From: Candidatus Thermofontivivens primus | Lineage (GTDB): Bacteria > Sysuimicrobiota > Sysuimicrobiia > Sysuimicrobiales > Thermofontiviventaceae | Assembly: GCA_031458695.1 (NCBI GenBank) | Contig: JAVKJW010000034.1 | Coordinates: 1-12,623 of the forward strand | Length of the DNA: 12,623 bases | Direction of reading: 5' to 3' | In this document: in pieces, positions 1-8,713 of the stretch | Layout: every line of letters begins with the position of its first letter | Position numbering within the stretch: the stretch's first letter is position 1 | Notes under the pieces: generated by a model | What the model saw: the letters and a program-made list of their open reading frames with translations, nothing else | Database searches by the model: none | What the model was told of the DNA's origin: nothing | Program-made: the position numbers and the translations under genes

Positions 1-711
1 TCTCTCTCCCCCCTGGAAAGCTATTCCTCGAATGACCACAAGAGGCCTCCCTTCCCCCGCCTGGCCCATTAGGAGCGTGGCCGCAGAGGCCAGCTCGTCC
101 GCGATTGCCTCCACCGAGGTCCGCAAGACGTACCCGTACCTGTCCACCATTCCAACGTAACTCCGTAGGGGATCCATTCCCGCAACCCCGATGCACACGC
201 CGACGGCTCCTTCGCGGAATGGGCGTCCGTGGCTATCGTTGATGATGACGGCGACATCAACTCCAAAGGCCTCGTCCACAGCTCGCTTGATCGCCTGCGC
301 AGACGCATCTGGATCGGAAGGGAGAAGTGTGACAACATCCTCACCGCCCCCCACGTTAGAATGGTCCACCCCAGCATTGGCGCAGATAAATCCCAACCGG
401 TGCTCTGCGATGATGAGACCGGGGCGAACACGCAAGATAGCTCGCGCTTCCCGCAAGATGACTTCAACGAGCCTGGGATCTCGATCGGCCTCCCTGGCGA
501 GGGTCAGAGCCTTCTCACTCGGCGCAATCTCCCGGAGATCCACGATCCTCCCCTCCGCTTTGGAGACGATCTTTTGGGCAACGACAAGGATGTCGCCGGT
601 CTTGGGGGTATGGTGGGAATTCCGCAGGACGTCCACAATGATCGCCGGAAGATCCATCCCGGGGTGGACATCAGGAAAGTTTTCAGGAGCGTACATGGAG
701 ACGGAGGGCAT
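1..711 (-). CDS. cofE: Coenzyme F420-0:L-glutamate ligase (CofE), 3' end runs off the window
   Basis: Not in the ORF track because there is no stop in the window. Hand translation from ATG at 711 is open for 237 codons: MPSVSMYAPENFPDVHPGMDL...GDILVVAQKIVSKAEGRIV...DPRLVEVIL...GFICANAGVDHSN...LLPSDPDASA...VAVIINDSHGRPFREG...AIADELASAATLLMGQAGEGRPLVVIRG. KIVSKAEG, ANAGVDxSN, DSxGRPFR and ADELAxAA are CofE signatures. GGGGG SD-like sequence upstream. Confidence 0.92.
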   Translation of the reverse strand, partial: MPSVSMYAPENFPDVHPGMDLPAIIVDVLRNSHHTPKTGDILVVAQKIVSKAEGRIVDLREIAPSEKALTLAREADRDPRLVEVILREARAILRVRPGLIIAEHRLGFICANAGVDHSNVGGGEDVVTLLPSDPDASAQAIKRAVDEAFGVDVAVIINDSHGRPFREGAVGVCIGVAGMDPLRSYVGMVDRYGYVLRTSVEAIADELASAATLLMGQAGEGRPLVVIRGIAFQGGER

Positions 712-736
712 AGACCCCCATAGAAAACGATCCAGC

Positions 737-3352
737 TCAGATCTCCGGGCCAGCGATGGCCACTGTATATCCTGTAAGAGAGAAGCGCTGCGCTGCCCTC
801 TGGATCGCCTCTGGATCAATCCCCGAGACGATCCCGGGGAACCTCACCAAGTAATCAAGGCCGAGCTGGTAAAGCTCCATGTCCACAAGCGCTTGGGCCA
901 TCCCCTGGTTGGTCTCATGGCGAATGGCCAAGGAGCCAATGAGGTAGCCGCGGGCATCGGAAAGCTCTCCCTCGTCCACGAGCTCCTCCTGGAGGCGGTG
1001 GATCTCCTCGAGGATCGCTTCGATGGCGCTCTCTACGTTCCGGGGATTCACCCCCGCGCGCACCCACCAGGGCCCAGCCAGGAGGCCTGCCTGGAGCTGG
1101 CTAAAGGCATAGTAGGCCATCCCCTTCTGCTCCCGGATGTTTGCTCCCAGGCGACCCATCATTCCCAGTTGCCCCAGGATCAGGTTGGCCATAAGGGTCG
1201 CATGGTAGTCCTCGCTCCTCCTGGGGATCCCTGGAACACCCAGGACGATATCTGCCTGGCTCTTCCCAGGGAGGACGACGAGCTCCCTCTGCGGGGCAGG
1301 CGGCAGAGAGGCCTCGGGCACTTCGAAAGAAGCCTTCGCCCCATCCGCCTGCCATCTCCCAAAGAGCTCCTCCACGAGCTCGACGACGCGATCTGCCTGG
1401 ACATCCCCGACCACTGCCAGAATCGTGGTATCAGGTCGGTAGTGCGCCCTATGGAAGAGCTCCAGGTCGTTCCTGGTGAGCGCCGCCACCACTTCCTCCC
1501 GACCTTCGGGATGCTTGCGGTGAGGATGTCCTTCGGGGAAAGCAAGGTTGCGGAAGATCCTCTCAGCCACCTTCTGGGTATTCTGCTCCGCCTCTCGGAT
1601 GGAGGTCAGCATCTCGCCCCTTACCTTCTCTACCTCCTCGTCCGGGAAGGTGGGATGGATGAGGACATCGGCAACGATGTCCAAAAGGTGCGGGAGATCT
1701 TCGGCCAGGGAACGCCCGCTGAACGTCGTTACCTCAAGAGAAGAGCGCGTGACCAATCCAGCTCCCATCCGGTCTAGCTCCTCGGCGATCTCGCGAGAGG
1801 TCCGCCGGGATGTCCCACGCAATAGGCTCGCGGCCACGAACTTGGCCGCCCCTTCCTGTGCCCGTTCTTCGACCATGGCCCCTGCTTGAATGGCGCCATG
1901 GACCACCACGGAATTACTGGCAGGATTCTCGTGGACCAAAACTACGAGGCCATTGGGAAGGACAGATCGACGCACGGTCTCGGGCGTCAGACGCACATGC
2001 AGGGCAGGGGAAGACTTGGGCGTTCCGGGATTCCACCATGCCACAACGCTCGGTGCGTCTTTCCCGCTCACTCCTCCCCCACCAGGTTCCGGAAGGAACC
2101 ACCCGCTAGTCAGGGCATTGGACCGGAGGTACCGCTGGCAGACCTTCAGGATGTCCTCTTGAGAGACCCTCTCGATGGCATCCAAAAGCCCCGTGTAGAG
2201 ATCCACAGAGGAAACGATGGCAGCCGTTCCCAGCCACACGGCCTGCCCAAACACACCATCTGAAGTATAGGCGAGTTGCGCCCTCGCCTGTTTTTTCACC
2301 TTGGCCAACTCGTCTTCTGGAACCGGTTCCTCCTTGAGCCTATGGATCTCATCAAGGATGGCCTGCTCCACGCGCTGCGGGTCGACTCCGGTCCGCACGG
2401 TAGCTTCGATGTGGAACAAGGTGGGGTCGACCTGTGCTGGGTAGGCCGAGGAGACCTCCGTGGCTAGGCCTCTATCCACAAGGGCCCTATAGAGGCGGGA
2501 GCTACGGCCACTGCCCCGCCCATCCTGGAAGCCGATCCCTTTGAACCCGGAAAGGAGGCCGTCTACAACGAGGAGGGGGACGAAGTCGGGATGGGAAGCC
2601 TGGGGGGCATGGTAGGCAAGGTGCACGTAGGCGGTAGGCCCAGGACGCCTCAGGACAAGCCTCCGTTCCCCATCCTGGGGAGGCTCCTGCACGTGCACCT
2701 CCGGGATCTGTTCTGCCGGAGGGATAGGACCAAACATCTCCTCGATGGCTTTGAGCAGGGAGGGTGCAGAGAAGTCTCCGACTGCGACAATGAGGGCATT
2801 GTTAGGATGGTAGTAGGTGCGGTAATGACGGTAAAGGTCTTCCCGGGCAATCCTCCGGAGATCCTCTTTCCACCCTATGACGGGATTCCGGTAAGGGTGG
2901 ACCTTGAAAGCAAGGGCTTCCACCTCTTCCCGGAGGTAGAACTGGGGGAAGTTCTCCAACCCCTCCCGCTCGGAGATCACCACCGTGCGCTCGCTTTCGA
3001 CTTCGCGGGGATCGAACAGGGCGTTGGTCATCCGGTCGGCCTCAAGGCGCAGGGCGAGGTCGATATGCTCGCTGGGTAAGACCTCGAAATAGGCGGTATA
3101 GTCCTTCCAGGTGAAGGCGTTCCACGTCCCTCCGTGCCTGTCCACGATACGCACAAGATCCCCTTTCCCGTAGGACGAGGTTCCCTTGAACAGCATATGT
3201 TCCACCCAATGGGAGATGCCGGTGAGGCCGGGAACCTCGTTGCGGGCGCCCACGCGGTACCAAACCCAGAAGGTGGCCACAGGCGAGGCTCTGTGCTCGC
3301 GGAGGACCACCATAAGACCGTTCTCCAGGCGATGGATGAAAAGATCTCCCAT
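737..3352 (-). CDS. M16 family (insulinase/pitrilysin-like) zinc metallopeptidase, two modules fused in one 871-aa chain
   Basis: N-terminal module has the inverted zinc motif HxxEH (GISHWVEHMLFKG), NAFT and a downstream Glu (ERTVVISERE). The second module starts near 'VLPNGLVVLV', lacks HxxEH (AKFVAASLLRGT) and carries the R/Y element (GRLGANIREQKGMAYY). SD AAAGGGGGA upstream of the ATG. Confidence 0.93.
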   Translation of the reverse strand: MGDLFIHRLENGLMVVLREHRASPVATFWVWYRVGARNEVPGLTGISHWVEHMLFKGTSSYGKGDLVRIVDRHGGTWNAFTWKDYTAYFEVLPSEHIDLALRLEADRMTNALFDPREVESERTVVISEREGLENFPQFYLREEVEALAFKVHPYRNPVIGWKEDLRRIAREDLYRHYRTYYHPNNALIVAVGDFSAPSLLKAIEEMFGPIPPAEQIPEVHVQEPPQDGERRLVLRRPGPTAYVHLAYHAPQASHPDFVPLLVVDGLLSGFKGIGFQDGRGSGRSSRLYRALVDRGLATEVSSAYPAQVDPTLFHIEATVRTGVDPQRVEQAILDEIHRLKEEPVPEDELAKVKKQARAQLAYTSDGVFGQAVWLGTAAIVSSVDLYTGLLDAIERVSQEDILKVCQRYLRSNALTSGWFLPEPGGGGVSGKDAPSVVAWWNPGTPKSSPALHVRLTPETVRRSVLPNGLVVLVHENPASNSVVVHGAIQAGAMVEERAQEGAAKFVAASLLRGTSRRTSREIAEELDRMGAGLVTRSSLEVTTFSGRSLAEDLPHLLDIVADVLIHPTFPDEEVEKVRGEMLTSIREAEQNTQKVAERIFRNLAFPEGHPHRKHPEGREEVVAALTRNDLELFHRAHYRPDTTILAVVGDVQADRVVELVEELFGRWQADGAKASFEVPEASLPPAPQRELVVLPGKSQADIVLGVPGIPRRSEDYHATLMANLILGQLGMMGRLGANIREQKGMAYYAFSQLQAGLLAGPWWVRAGVNPRNVESAIEAILEEIHRLQEELVDEGELSDARGYLIGSLAIRHETNQGMAQALVDMELYQLGLDYLVRFPGIVSGIDPEAIQRAAQRFSLTGYTVAIAGPEI

Positions 3353-3439
3353 CCACTTCCCCCTTTCTCAAGGATTCCACGGACCGAATGAAAAAGATTT
3401 CGCCATAGGATGGAGGTCACCCCTGCCCACGGAGATCGC

Positions 3440-3478
3440 AAAAATGGGGGGCGCACCTCTACCTCTTGTGCGCCCCCA
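3440..3478 (-). terminator. Intrinsic terminator downstream of the peroxiredoxin gene
   Basis: Minus strand reads GGGGGCGCAC-(11-nt loop)-GTGCGCCCCC followed by CATTTTT, about 25 nt after the peroxiredoxin stop. Confidence 0.75.
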
Positions 3479-3503
3479 CCCCCGAGAGCTTTCGCGCCTT
3501 GCT

Positions 3504-3971
3504 CTACCCGAGCGCGTGGACCGCTCGCTCCACTTCCTCATAGGGAGGCTCCTGGCTTGGGACTTCTGCGACCCACTTATAGCGCACGACCCCATCCCGA
3601 TCCAGGACGAACACCGCGCGCTGGGCTAGTTCCCGAAGACCACGGAGATCGGAGAGGACAACACCGTAGGCCTTGATGGCCTCCTTGTTGAAGTCGCTGA
3701 GAAGGGGGAAGTTGAGGTTGTTGGCCTCCGCGAATGCCTTCTGGGAGAAGGGGGAGTCTACACTGATGCCGAGGACCTGGGCGTTGACCTGGTTAAAACG
3801 GGCCATGCTGTCGCGGAAGGTGCACATCTCCTTCGTGCAAACCGACGTGAACGCGCCCGGGAAAAAGGCCAGGACCACAGGCTTCCCTCGGAAGTCCGAG
3901 ATGCGCTTTGGTTCAAGGTCCGTGGAGATCAAGGTCACATCGGGAGCAGGCATTCCTACGTCAACGGCCAT
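3504..3971 (-). CDS. Peroxiredoxin (AhpC/TSA fold; BCP/PrxQ- or AhpE-like), 155 aa
   Basis: PxxxTxxC active site with a second Cys five residues later ([15 protein letters not shown]); also GISVDS, FPLLSD and RAVFVLD. Start moved from 3995 to ATG 3971, which has a strong SD (GGAGGTGA). Confidence 0.92.
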   Translation of the reverse strand: MAVDVGMPAPDVTLISTDLEPKRISDFRGKPVVLAFFPGAFTSVCTKEMCTFRDSMARFNQVNAQVLGISVDSPFSQKAFAEANNLNFPLLSDFNKEAIKAYGVVLSDLRGLRELAQRAVFVLDRDGVVRYKWVAEVPSQEPPYEEVERAVHALG

Positions 3972-4051
3972 GGGATCACCTCCGTATTGTGTCATCGTCT
4001 TTCTCGATGGTTGGACGTCTATTCGAGACTTTCGAAAGGATAAGCTATTTT

Positions 4052-4060
4052 ATTATACCA
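4052..4060 (-). promoter_or_regulatory. Extended -10 promoter element (TGGTATAAT) for the peroxiredoxin gene
   Basis: Plus strand ATTATACCA = minus strand TGnTATAAT, followed by an AT-rich stretch, about 80 nt upstream of the start codon. Confidence 0.7.
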
Positions 4061-4150
4061 TGGCAGCTCCGGAGAGGAGATCTTCTGGATTCTCCTCTGG
4101 ATTTTTCGGCCCATTCGAGGCAATATAGTAGGGTGAAAAGGAGGACGCGC

Positions 4151-5527
4151 ATGGCTCGATACCCTTCCCTCGGCCTTGTGACGCCAGAGAACATCGGGCT
4201 CCTGGTGGACCTGTACGAGCTGACGATGGCCGATAGCTACCTCCGCCACGGGCTCAACCAAAAGGCCACATTCGACCTGTTCATCCGGGCACCCGTGGAG
4301 CGCAGGAATTTCCTGGTCAGCGCGGGCCTAGAAACTGTCCTCGCCTATTTAGAGCAGATCCGCTTCACCGACGAGGCCATCGCCTACCTGCGCTCCCTCA
4401 AGCTGTTCAGCGAGGAGTTCCTTCACTACTTGCGAACCTTCCGGTTCACCGGGGAGGTATGGGCCATTCCTGAGGGGGAAATCTTCTTCCCCCTGGAACC
4501 CCTCGTGGAGGTTACCGCGCCGCGCATTGAAGCCCAGATCGTGGAGACCTTCCTCCTCAACACCTTGAACTTCCAGGTGATGATTGCCAGCAAGGCCGCA
4601 CGTGTCGTCCTGGCGGCCCAGGGGAGAGGTGTGGTGGACTTCTCCCCGCGAAGGGACCATGGCGCAGACGCGGCGATGAAGGCTGCCCGGGCCTCCTACA
4701 TTGCTGGCTGCTTGGGGACGAGCAACGTCCTCGCGGGAATGGAGTTCGGGATCCCGGTGTACGGGACCATGGCCCATTCCTACGTCATGTCCTTCTCTGA
4801 CGAGCTCTCCGCCTTTCGCGCTTTCGCCAGGGATTTCCCCCATAACTCGATCCTACTCATCGACACCTATGATACCCTCCAGGGAGCTCGTCATGCCCTC
4901 ACCGTGGCCAGGGAAATGGCTGAGCAAGGGCTCCAACTCAGGGGGGTGCGCATCGATAGCGGAGACCTCGTGGTGCAGAGCAAGGCGGTGCGCCAGATCT
5001 TCGTGGAGGCAGGCTTCCCCCACATCCGCATCTTCCTGAGCGGCGACCTCAACGAGTACAAGATCGCGGACCTCCTGGCGCGGGGGGCGGAGGCAGACGC
5101 CTTCGGGGTCGGGACAGAGATGGGAACCTCGGCGGATGCGCCTTCGATGGGAGGCGTGTACAAACTCGTGGAGGACGAAATGGGCTACCGGGTCAAGCTG
5201 AGCGCCGGAAAGGCCACGCTCCCTGGGCGCAAGCAGGTGTGGCGCATCCTCCGGGATGACCGCTTCTTCCAGGATGTCATCGCCCTCCGTGACGAGCCCC
5301 CTCCTGCAGGGGAGACCTACCCCCTCCTCGCAAAGGTGATGGAAAACGGCAAGGTCGTGGGACCAGGGGAGCCTCTCTCCGCCATGCGCAAGCGGTTTGA
5401 AGAGCGGCTTGCGATGCTCCCTGAAGAACTCCGCACCATCGACGCGGCAAGCCCCTATCCTGTCCTCCAGAGCCCCCGCCTCGCTGCACTCACAGAGCAG
5501 ATGTACCGGGTTGTGGCTTCTTCGTAG
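4151..5527 (+). CDS. pncB: Nicotinate phosphoribosyltransferase, 458 aa
   Basis: [27 protein letters not shown] (phospho-His), [27 protein letters not shown] and GGVYKLV motifs. Start reassigned from 3908 to ATG 4151, which has SD AAGGAGG. Confidence 0.93.
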   Translation: MARYPSLGLVTPENIGLLVDLYELTMADSYLRHGLNQKATFDLFIRAPVERRNFLVSAGLETVLAYLEQIRFTDEAIAYLRSLKLFSEEFLHYLRTFRFTGEVWAIPEGEIFFPLEPLVEVTAPRIEAQIVETFLLNTLNFQVMIASKAARVVLAAQGRGVVDFSPRRDHGADAAMKAARASYIAGCLGTSNVLAGMEFGIPVYGTMAHSYVMSFSDELSAFRAFARDFPHNSILLIDTYDTLQGARHALTVAREMAEQGLQLRGVRIDSGDLVVQSKAVRQIFVEAGFPHIRIFLSGDLNEYKIADLLARGAEADAFGVGTEMGTSADAPSMGGVYKLVEDEMGYRVKLSAGKATLPGRKQVWRILRDDRFFQDVIALRDEPPPAGETYPLLAKVMENGKVVGPGEPLSAMRKRFEERLAMLPEELRTIDAASPYPVLQSPRLAALTEQMYRVVASS

Positions 5528-5562
5528 GGGGAACAGTCTCCCCCGCCCACCGGGCGAGGGGA
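5527..5562. terminator. GC-rich hairpin(s) between convergent pncB and M20 peptidase genes; possible bidirectional terminator
   Basis: TCCCCCGCCC-ACC-GGGCGAGGGGA (10 bp with one bulge, 5539-5562), with an alternative GGGGGA-ACAGTC-TCCCCC (5527-5544). No U-tract on either strand. Confidence 0.35.
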
Positions 5563-5599
5563 CCTCACCGCGAAACGAAGATCGAGCGCAGCCCTAACC

Positions 5600-6949
5600 C
5601 TACACGGCGAAGCGCTCGATAAGCCGTGCCATGAGGAGGATGGTCTCCTCGAGGTCCTTGCGCCGGATGTGCTCGTTGGGCGCGTGCACGCGACTGTCCC
5701 AGTAGCCGCACCCGATGCTCACGATAGGTACCCCCAGAGCCATCCCTACTGGATGCATCGGCCCCGTCCCTGCGGAGTTCGGATAGAGGACGACCTCCCG
5801 GCCTGTGACCTCGCGGGCGACATCCATGACCAAGCGCACGAAGGGGTGGCGGAGATCGGTCCTGTACGCCTTTTCCCCGCCCATCAACGTTACGGTGATG
5901 TCAGAGAACCCTTGGGCGTCCAGGTGGCGGCGGAGGAGGTCTGCGATCTCCTCGGGATCTTGGTCGGGGACGAGGCGGAAGTCCACCTTGGCCATGGCCT
6001 TGCGGGGGAGGACAGTTTTCGATCCAGGCCCCGTGTACCCGCCCTCCAGGCCGCAAATGGTGCAGGTGGGAGAGAAGAGGAGGTCATAGAGGGCATCGAA
6101 TCCCTGCTTCCCTCCGATGAAGGACCGCGCCCCCACATACTGTTTGATCTCCTCTTCATCGAACGGGATGGCCTTGGCTGCTTCTAACTCAGCATCCCCG
6201 GGCTTTTTCACCCGATCATAGAAGCCAGGGACGTTGATCCGGCCGTCTTGGCCCTTCAGTCCAGCCAAGGCCCATACCAGGCGCATGGGGGCGCCTTCTA
6301 AGATAGCCCCAAGGGAGGAGTGGAGGTCGGTGCGCAAGTTCTGGATCTCCAGCTGGACATAGCAGATCCCCTTTACCCCGGCCACGATATGGAAGCGTTC
6401 CTTGTGGTCACGCTCCCCGTATTCCCAGATACAGGCATCCGCCATGAAGAGATCCCTGTACTCGTGGATGTACCTGGGAAAGCTGACGCTCCCAATCTCC
6501 TCCTCCCCCTCGACGAGGAACTTGACCCTGCATGGGAGCTGCCCGTGGGTGGTGAGGAGGGCCTTGATGGCCGCCAGCCTGGAGACAAGGTCCCCCTTGT
6601 TGTCGGCGACGCCGCGTGCAAATAGCCTCCCGTCACGCTCTACAAGCTCAAACGGCGGGGAGGCCCATTCCTCCAGGGGCTCCGGGGGCTGAACGTCGTA
6701 GTGGTTGTAGAACAAGAGGGTCTTCTGGCTCGCGCCTGGGAACTCAGCATAGACAACGGGGTGGGCTCCCTCCAGGCGCAGGATCTTCGGAGAAGCGCCC
6801 AGATCCTCAAAGAACTGGCGCACAAGACCTGCAGCCTCTTCGATCCCCTCTCCCTTGGCCGCGACGCTCGGCTTGCTACAATACTCCCGGAGCATCCCCA
6901 GGGTCTCTGGCATCTGTTCTTGCACCACGCGTCGAATGAGATCGTCCAC
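5600..6949 (-). CDS. M20/M25/M40 family metallo-hydrolase (ArgE/DapE-like dipeptidase), 449 aa
   Basis: LLFYNHYDVQP, ARGVADNKG, VEGEEEIGS, IWE, DLHSS, KTVLP, DFRLVPDQ and C-terminal HAPNE motifs. GTG start with SD GAGGGGGAGG. Confidence 0.92.
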   Translation of the reverse strand: MDDLIRRVVQEQMPETLGMLREYCSKPSVAAKGEGIEEAAGLVRQFFEDLGASPKILRLEGAHPVVYAEFPGASQKTLLFYNHYDVQPPEPLEEWASPPFELVERDGRLFARGVADNKGDLVSRLAAIKALLTTHGQLPCRVKFLVEGEEEIGSVSFPRYIHEYRDLFMADACIWEYGERDHKERFHIVAGVKGICYVQLEIQNLRTDLHSSLGAILEGAPMRLVWALAGLKGQDGRINVPGFYDRVKKPGDAELEAAKAIPFDEEEIKQYVGARSFIGGKQGFDALYDLLFSPTCTICGLEGGYTGPGSKTVLPRKAMAKVDFRLVPDQDPEEIADLLRRHLDAQGFSDITVTLMGGEKAYRTDLRHPFVRLVMDVAREVTGREVVLYPNSAGTGPMHPVGMALGVPIVSIGCGYWDSRVHAPNEHIRRKDLEETILLMARLIERFAV

Positions 6950-7122
6950 GACGTGACCTCCCCCTCAAGAATCCATTTGATGTCCCCCATGTATTTTGGA
7001 TGGTCAAGGCAAAGCTCCTCTCGCAATACGGAGCGGATGTTGGAGGGGCACTCAGCTTCCATGATGCGGCGATCGCAGTCACCTGGCAAGAGATCGGGTT
7101 TGATGCGAGGCCTCCGCGAAGC

Positions 7123-7545
7123 CTACACTTTCTCCAAGTACTCGAGCACTTTCTCGCGGATCGCATCCCTCGTCTTCCGGAACGCATCCAGCCTTTCTTC
7201 CTGGCTCCCACCGGCCTGGGCTGGGTCAGGAAAGCCAATGTGGACTACCGGGTCTTCCTTCAGCCAGACGGGGCAAGCCTCAGAGGCCTCGTCGCAAAGG
7301 GTGATCACCAAGTCGAACTTGACCTCGTGAAGTTCGTCCACGGATTTCGACCGCTGGGCGGAGATGTCCACTCCAAGTTCGGCCATTGCCTCGATCGCGA
7401 GAGGGTGAACGTATCCTGCCGGCTCCGTGCCTGCAGAATAGGCTTCCCAGCGATCGCTCAGGAAATGGTTCACCAACCCCTCGGCCATCTGACTGCGCGC
7501 GGAGTTCCCTATGCACAAGAACAAAACACGCTTTTTCCTCCCCAT
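7123..7545 (-). CDS. arsC: Arsenate reductase, thioredoxin-coupled LMW-PTPase fold, 140 aa
   Basis: P-loop VLFLCIGNSARSQMAE, SAGTEP, the resolving Cys pair TLCDEASEACP and the acid-loop FPDPA. Start reassigned to ATG 7545 (MGRKKRVLFL) behind a G-rich SD. Confidence 0.82.
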   Translation of the reverse strand: MGRKKRVLFLCIGNSARSQMAEGLVNHFLSDRWEAYSAGTEPAGYVHPLAIEAMAELGVDISAQRSKSVDELHEVKFDLVITLCDEASEACPVWLKEDPVVHIGFPDPAQAGGSQEERLDAFRKTRDAIREKVLEYLEKV

Positions 7546-7613
7546 GCCCCTTTTACCCCCCGTGAAAGGTTCGCCGAAGTTCGGTTCTCTCCTTTGGGGA
7601 AATGGGTGAACCA

Positions 7614-7622
7614 TGCTATAAT
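7614..7622 (+). promoter_or_regulatory. Extended -10 promoter element (TGCTATAAT) for moaA
   Basis: Exact TGnTATAAT, 30 nt upstream of the GTG start. Confidence 0.7.
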
Positions 7623-7652
7623 GAGAAAGAAAGTTCCCTGAAGGAGTCCACC

Positions 7653-8630
7653 GTGCGCGATCAGTATGGACGCGAGTTAGTGGACCTGAGAGTCTCCCTT
7701 ACCGACCGATGCAACCTCCGGTGCGTCTACTGCATGCCTGCTAAGGGAATTGCTTTCCGTCCGCCTGCCGAGCTCCTGCAGGACGAAGAAATCCTCCTCC
7801 TCATCAGGATCGCCGCCGAGCTGGGGGTCCGGAAGGTCCGCCTCACGGGAGGTGAGCCCACAGTCCGGCCAGGTATCGTCGACCTTGTCTCCGGCATCCG
7901 GGCGATCCCCGGGATTCGGGACATTGCCATCACCACCAACGGGATCCTCCTTGAGCACCTTGCAGAGCCCCTGGCCCGGGCCGGGCTGAACCGAGTCAAC
8001 ATCAGCCTGGACACCCTCGACCCCGAGAAGTTCCGGAAGATCACACGGGGAGGGGACCTCCAGCGCGTTCTCGCCGGAATCGAAGCTGCTAGCCAGGCCG
8101 GGCTTGAGCCCATCAAGCTGAACGCTGTTGTCGTACGGGGGTTCAACGATGAGGACGTAGCAGACCTCGCTGCGCTCACCTTGGATCGTCCCTGGGAGGT
8201 GCGATTCATCGAGGCCATGCCCTTCGGAAGCGTGGCGGGGTTCGTGGAGAAAGGAGTGGTAAAGAGCGAGGAGGTCCGCGCGCGCATCGAGGAGAGATTT
8301 GGCTCCCTCGAACCGGTGGACCTCTCCGGGGAAACCCCCGCGCGCACCTACCGCATCCCAGGGGCGAGGGGGGAGATTGGGTTTATCAGCCCGGTCACGC
8401 AGCCCTTCTGCAGCAAGTGTGGTCGGCTTCGCCTCACCGCTGACGGGAAGCTCCGCCTCTGCCTCCTCCGTGACGACGAGGAAGACCTCCTCACCCCCCT
8501 GCGCAGAGGGGCAAGCTATGAGGAGATGAAAACGATCTTCGCCGCAGCGGCGTACAGACGCCCTGTTGGTCATGCCCTCGCCGAGCGCCTGATCCCCCAG
8601 AAGCGCGTGATGATCCAGATCGGCGGGTAA
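7653..8630 (+). CDS. moaA: GTP 3',8-cyclase MoaA (radical SAM), 325 aa
   Basis: DxYGR..LRVSLTDRCNLRCVYCMP (CxxxCxxC), RLTGGEP, TTNG, NISLDTL, RFIE.MP, C-terminal cluster FCSKCGRLRLTADGKLRLC (Cx2Cx13C) and terminal MIQIGG. GTG start at 7653 with SD AAGGAG. Confidence 0.96.
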   Translation: MRDQYGRELVDLRVSLTDRCNLRCVYCMPAKGIAFRPPAELLQDEEILLLIRIAAELGVRKVRLTGGEPTVRPGIVDLVSGIRAIPGIRDIAITTNGILLEHLAEPLARAGLNRVNISLDTLDPEKFRKITRGGDLQRVLAGIEAASQAGLEPIKLNAVVVRGFNDEDVADLAALTLDRPWEVRFIEAMPFGSVAGFVEKGVVKSEEVRARIEERFGSLEPVDLSGETPARTYRIPGARGEIGFISPVTQPFCSKCGRLRLTADGKLRLCLLRDDEEDLLTPLRRGASYEEMKTIFAAAAYRRPVGHALAERLIPQKRVMIQIGG

Positions 8631-8713
8631 CTGCGTCTCAAGGATCACCGCCTCATCGAGTGGGAAGCCCGCTGAACGCAACGGTTCACGCTACCCGATG
8701 CACGCGAGGGATC

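Noticed and set aside
191..1777. 528-aa plus-strand ORF and other long ORFs antisense to real genes (e.g. 229..723, 7000..7641, 7677..8681, 9724..10443, 11087..12037)
   Set aside because: They lie opposite well-supported genes, carry no recognisable motifs, and are the expected shadow ORFs of GC-rich coding DNA.
3400..3440. GATGGAGGTCACC resembling the start of a fluoride (crcB) riboswitch
   Set aside because: The pairing partners and downstream conserved elements are missing, and it lies on the strand opposite the flanking genes.
7623..7652. Moco/Wco riboswitch before moaA
   Set aside because: The extended -10 implies a leader of only about 25 nt, too short for the aptamer.
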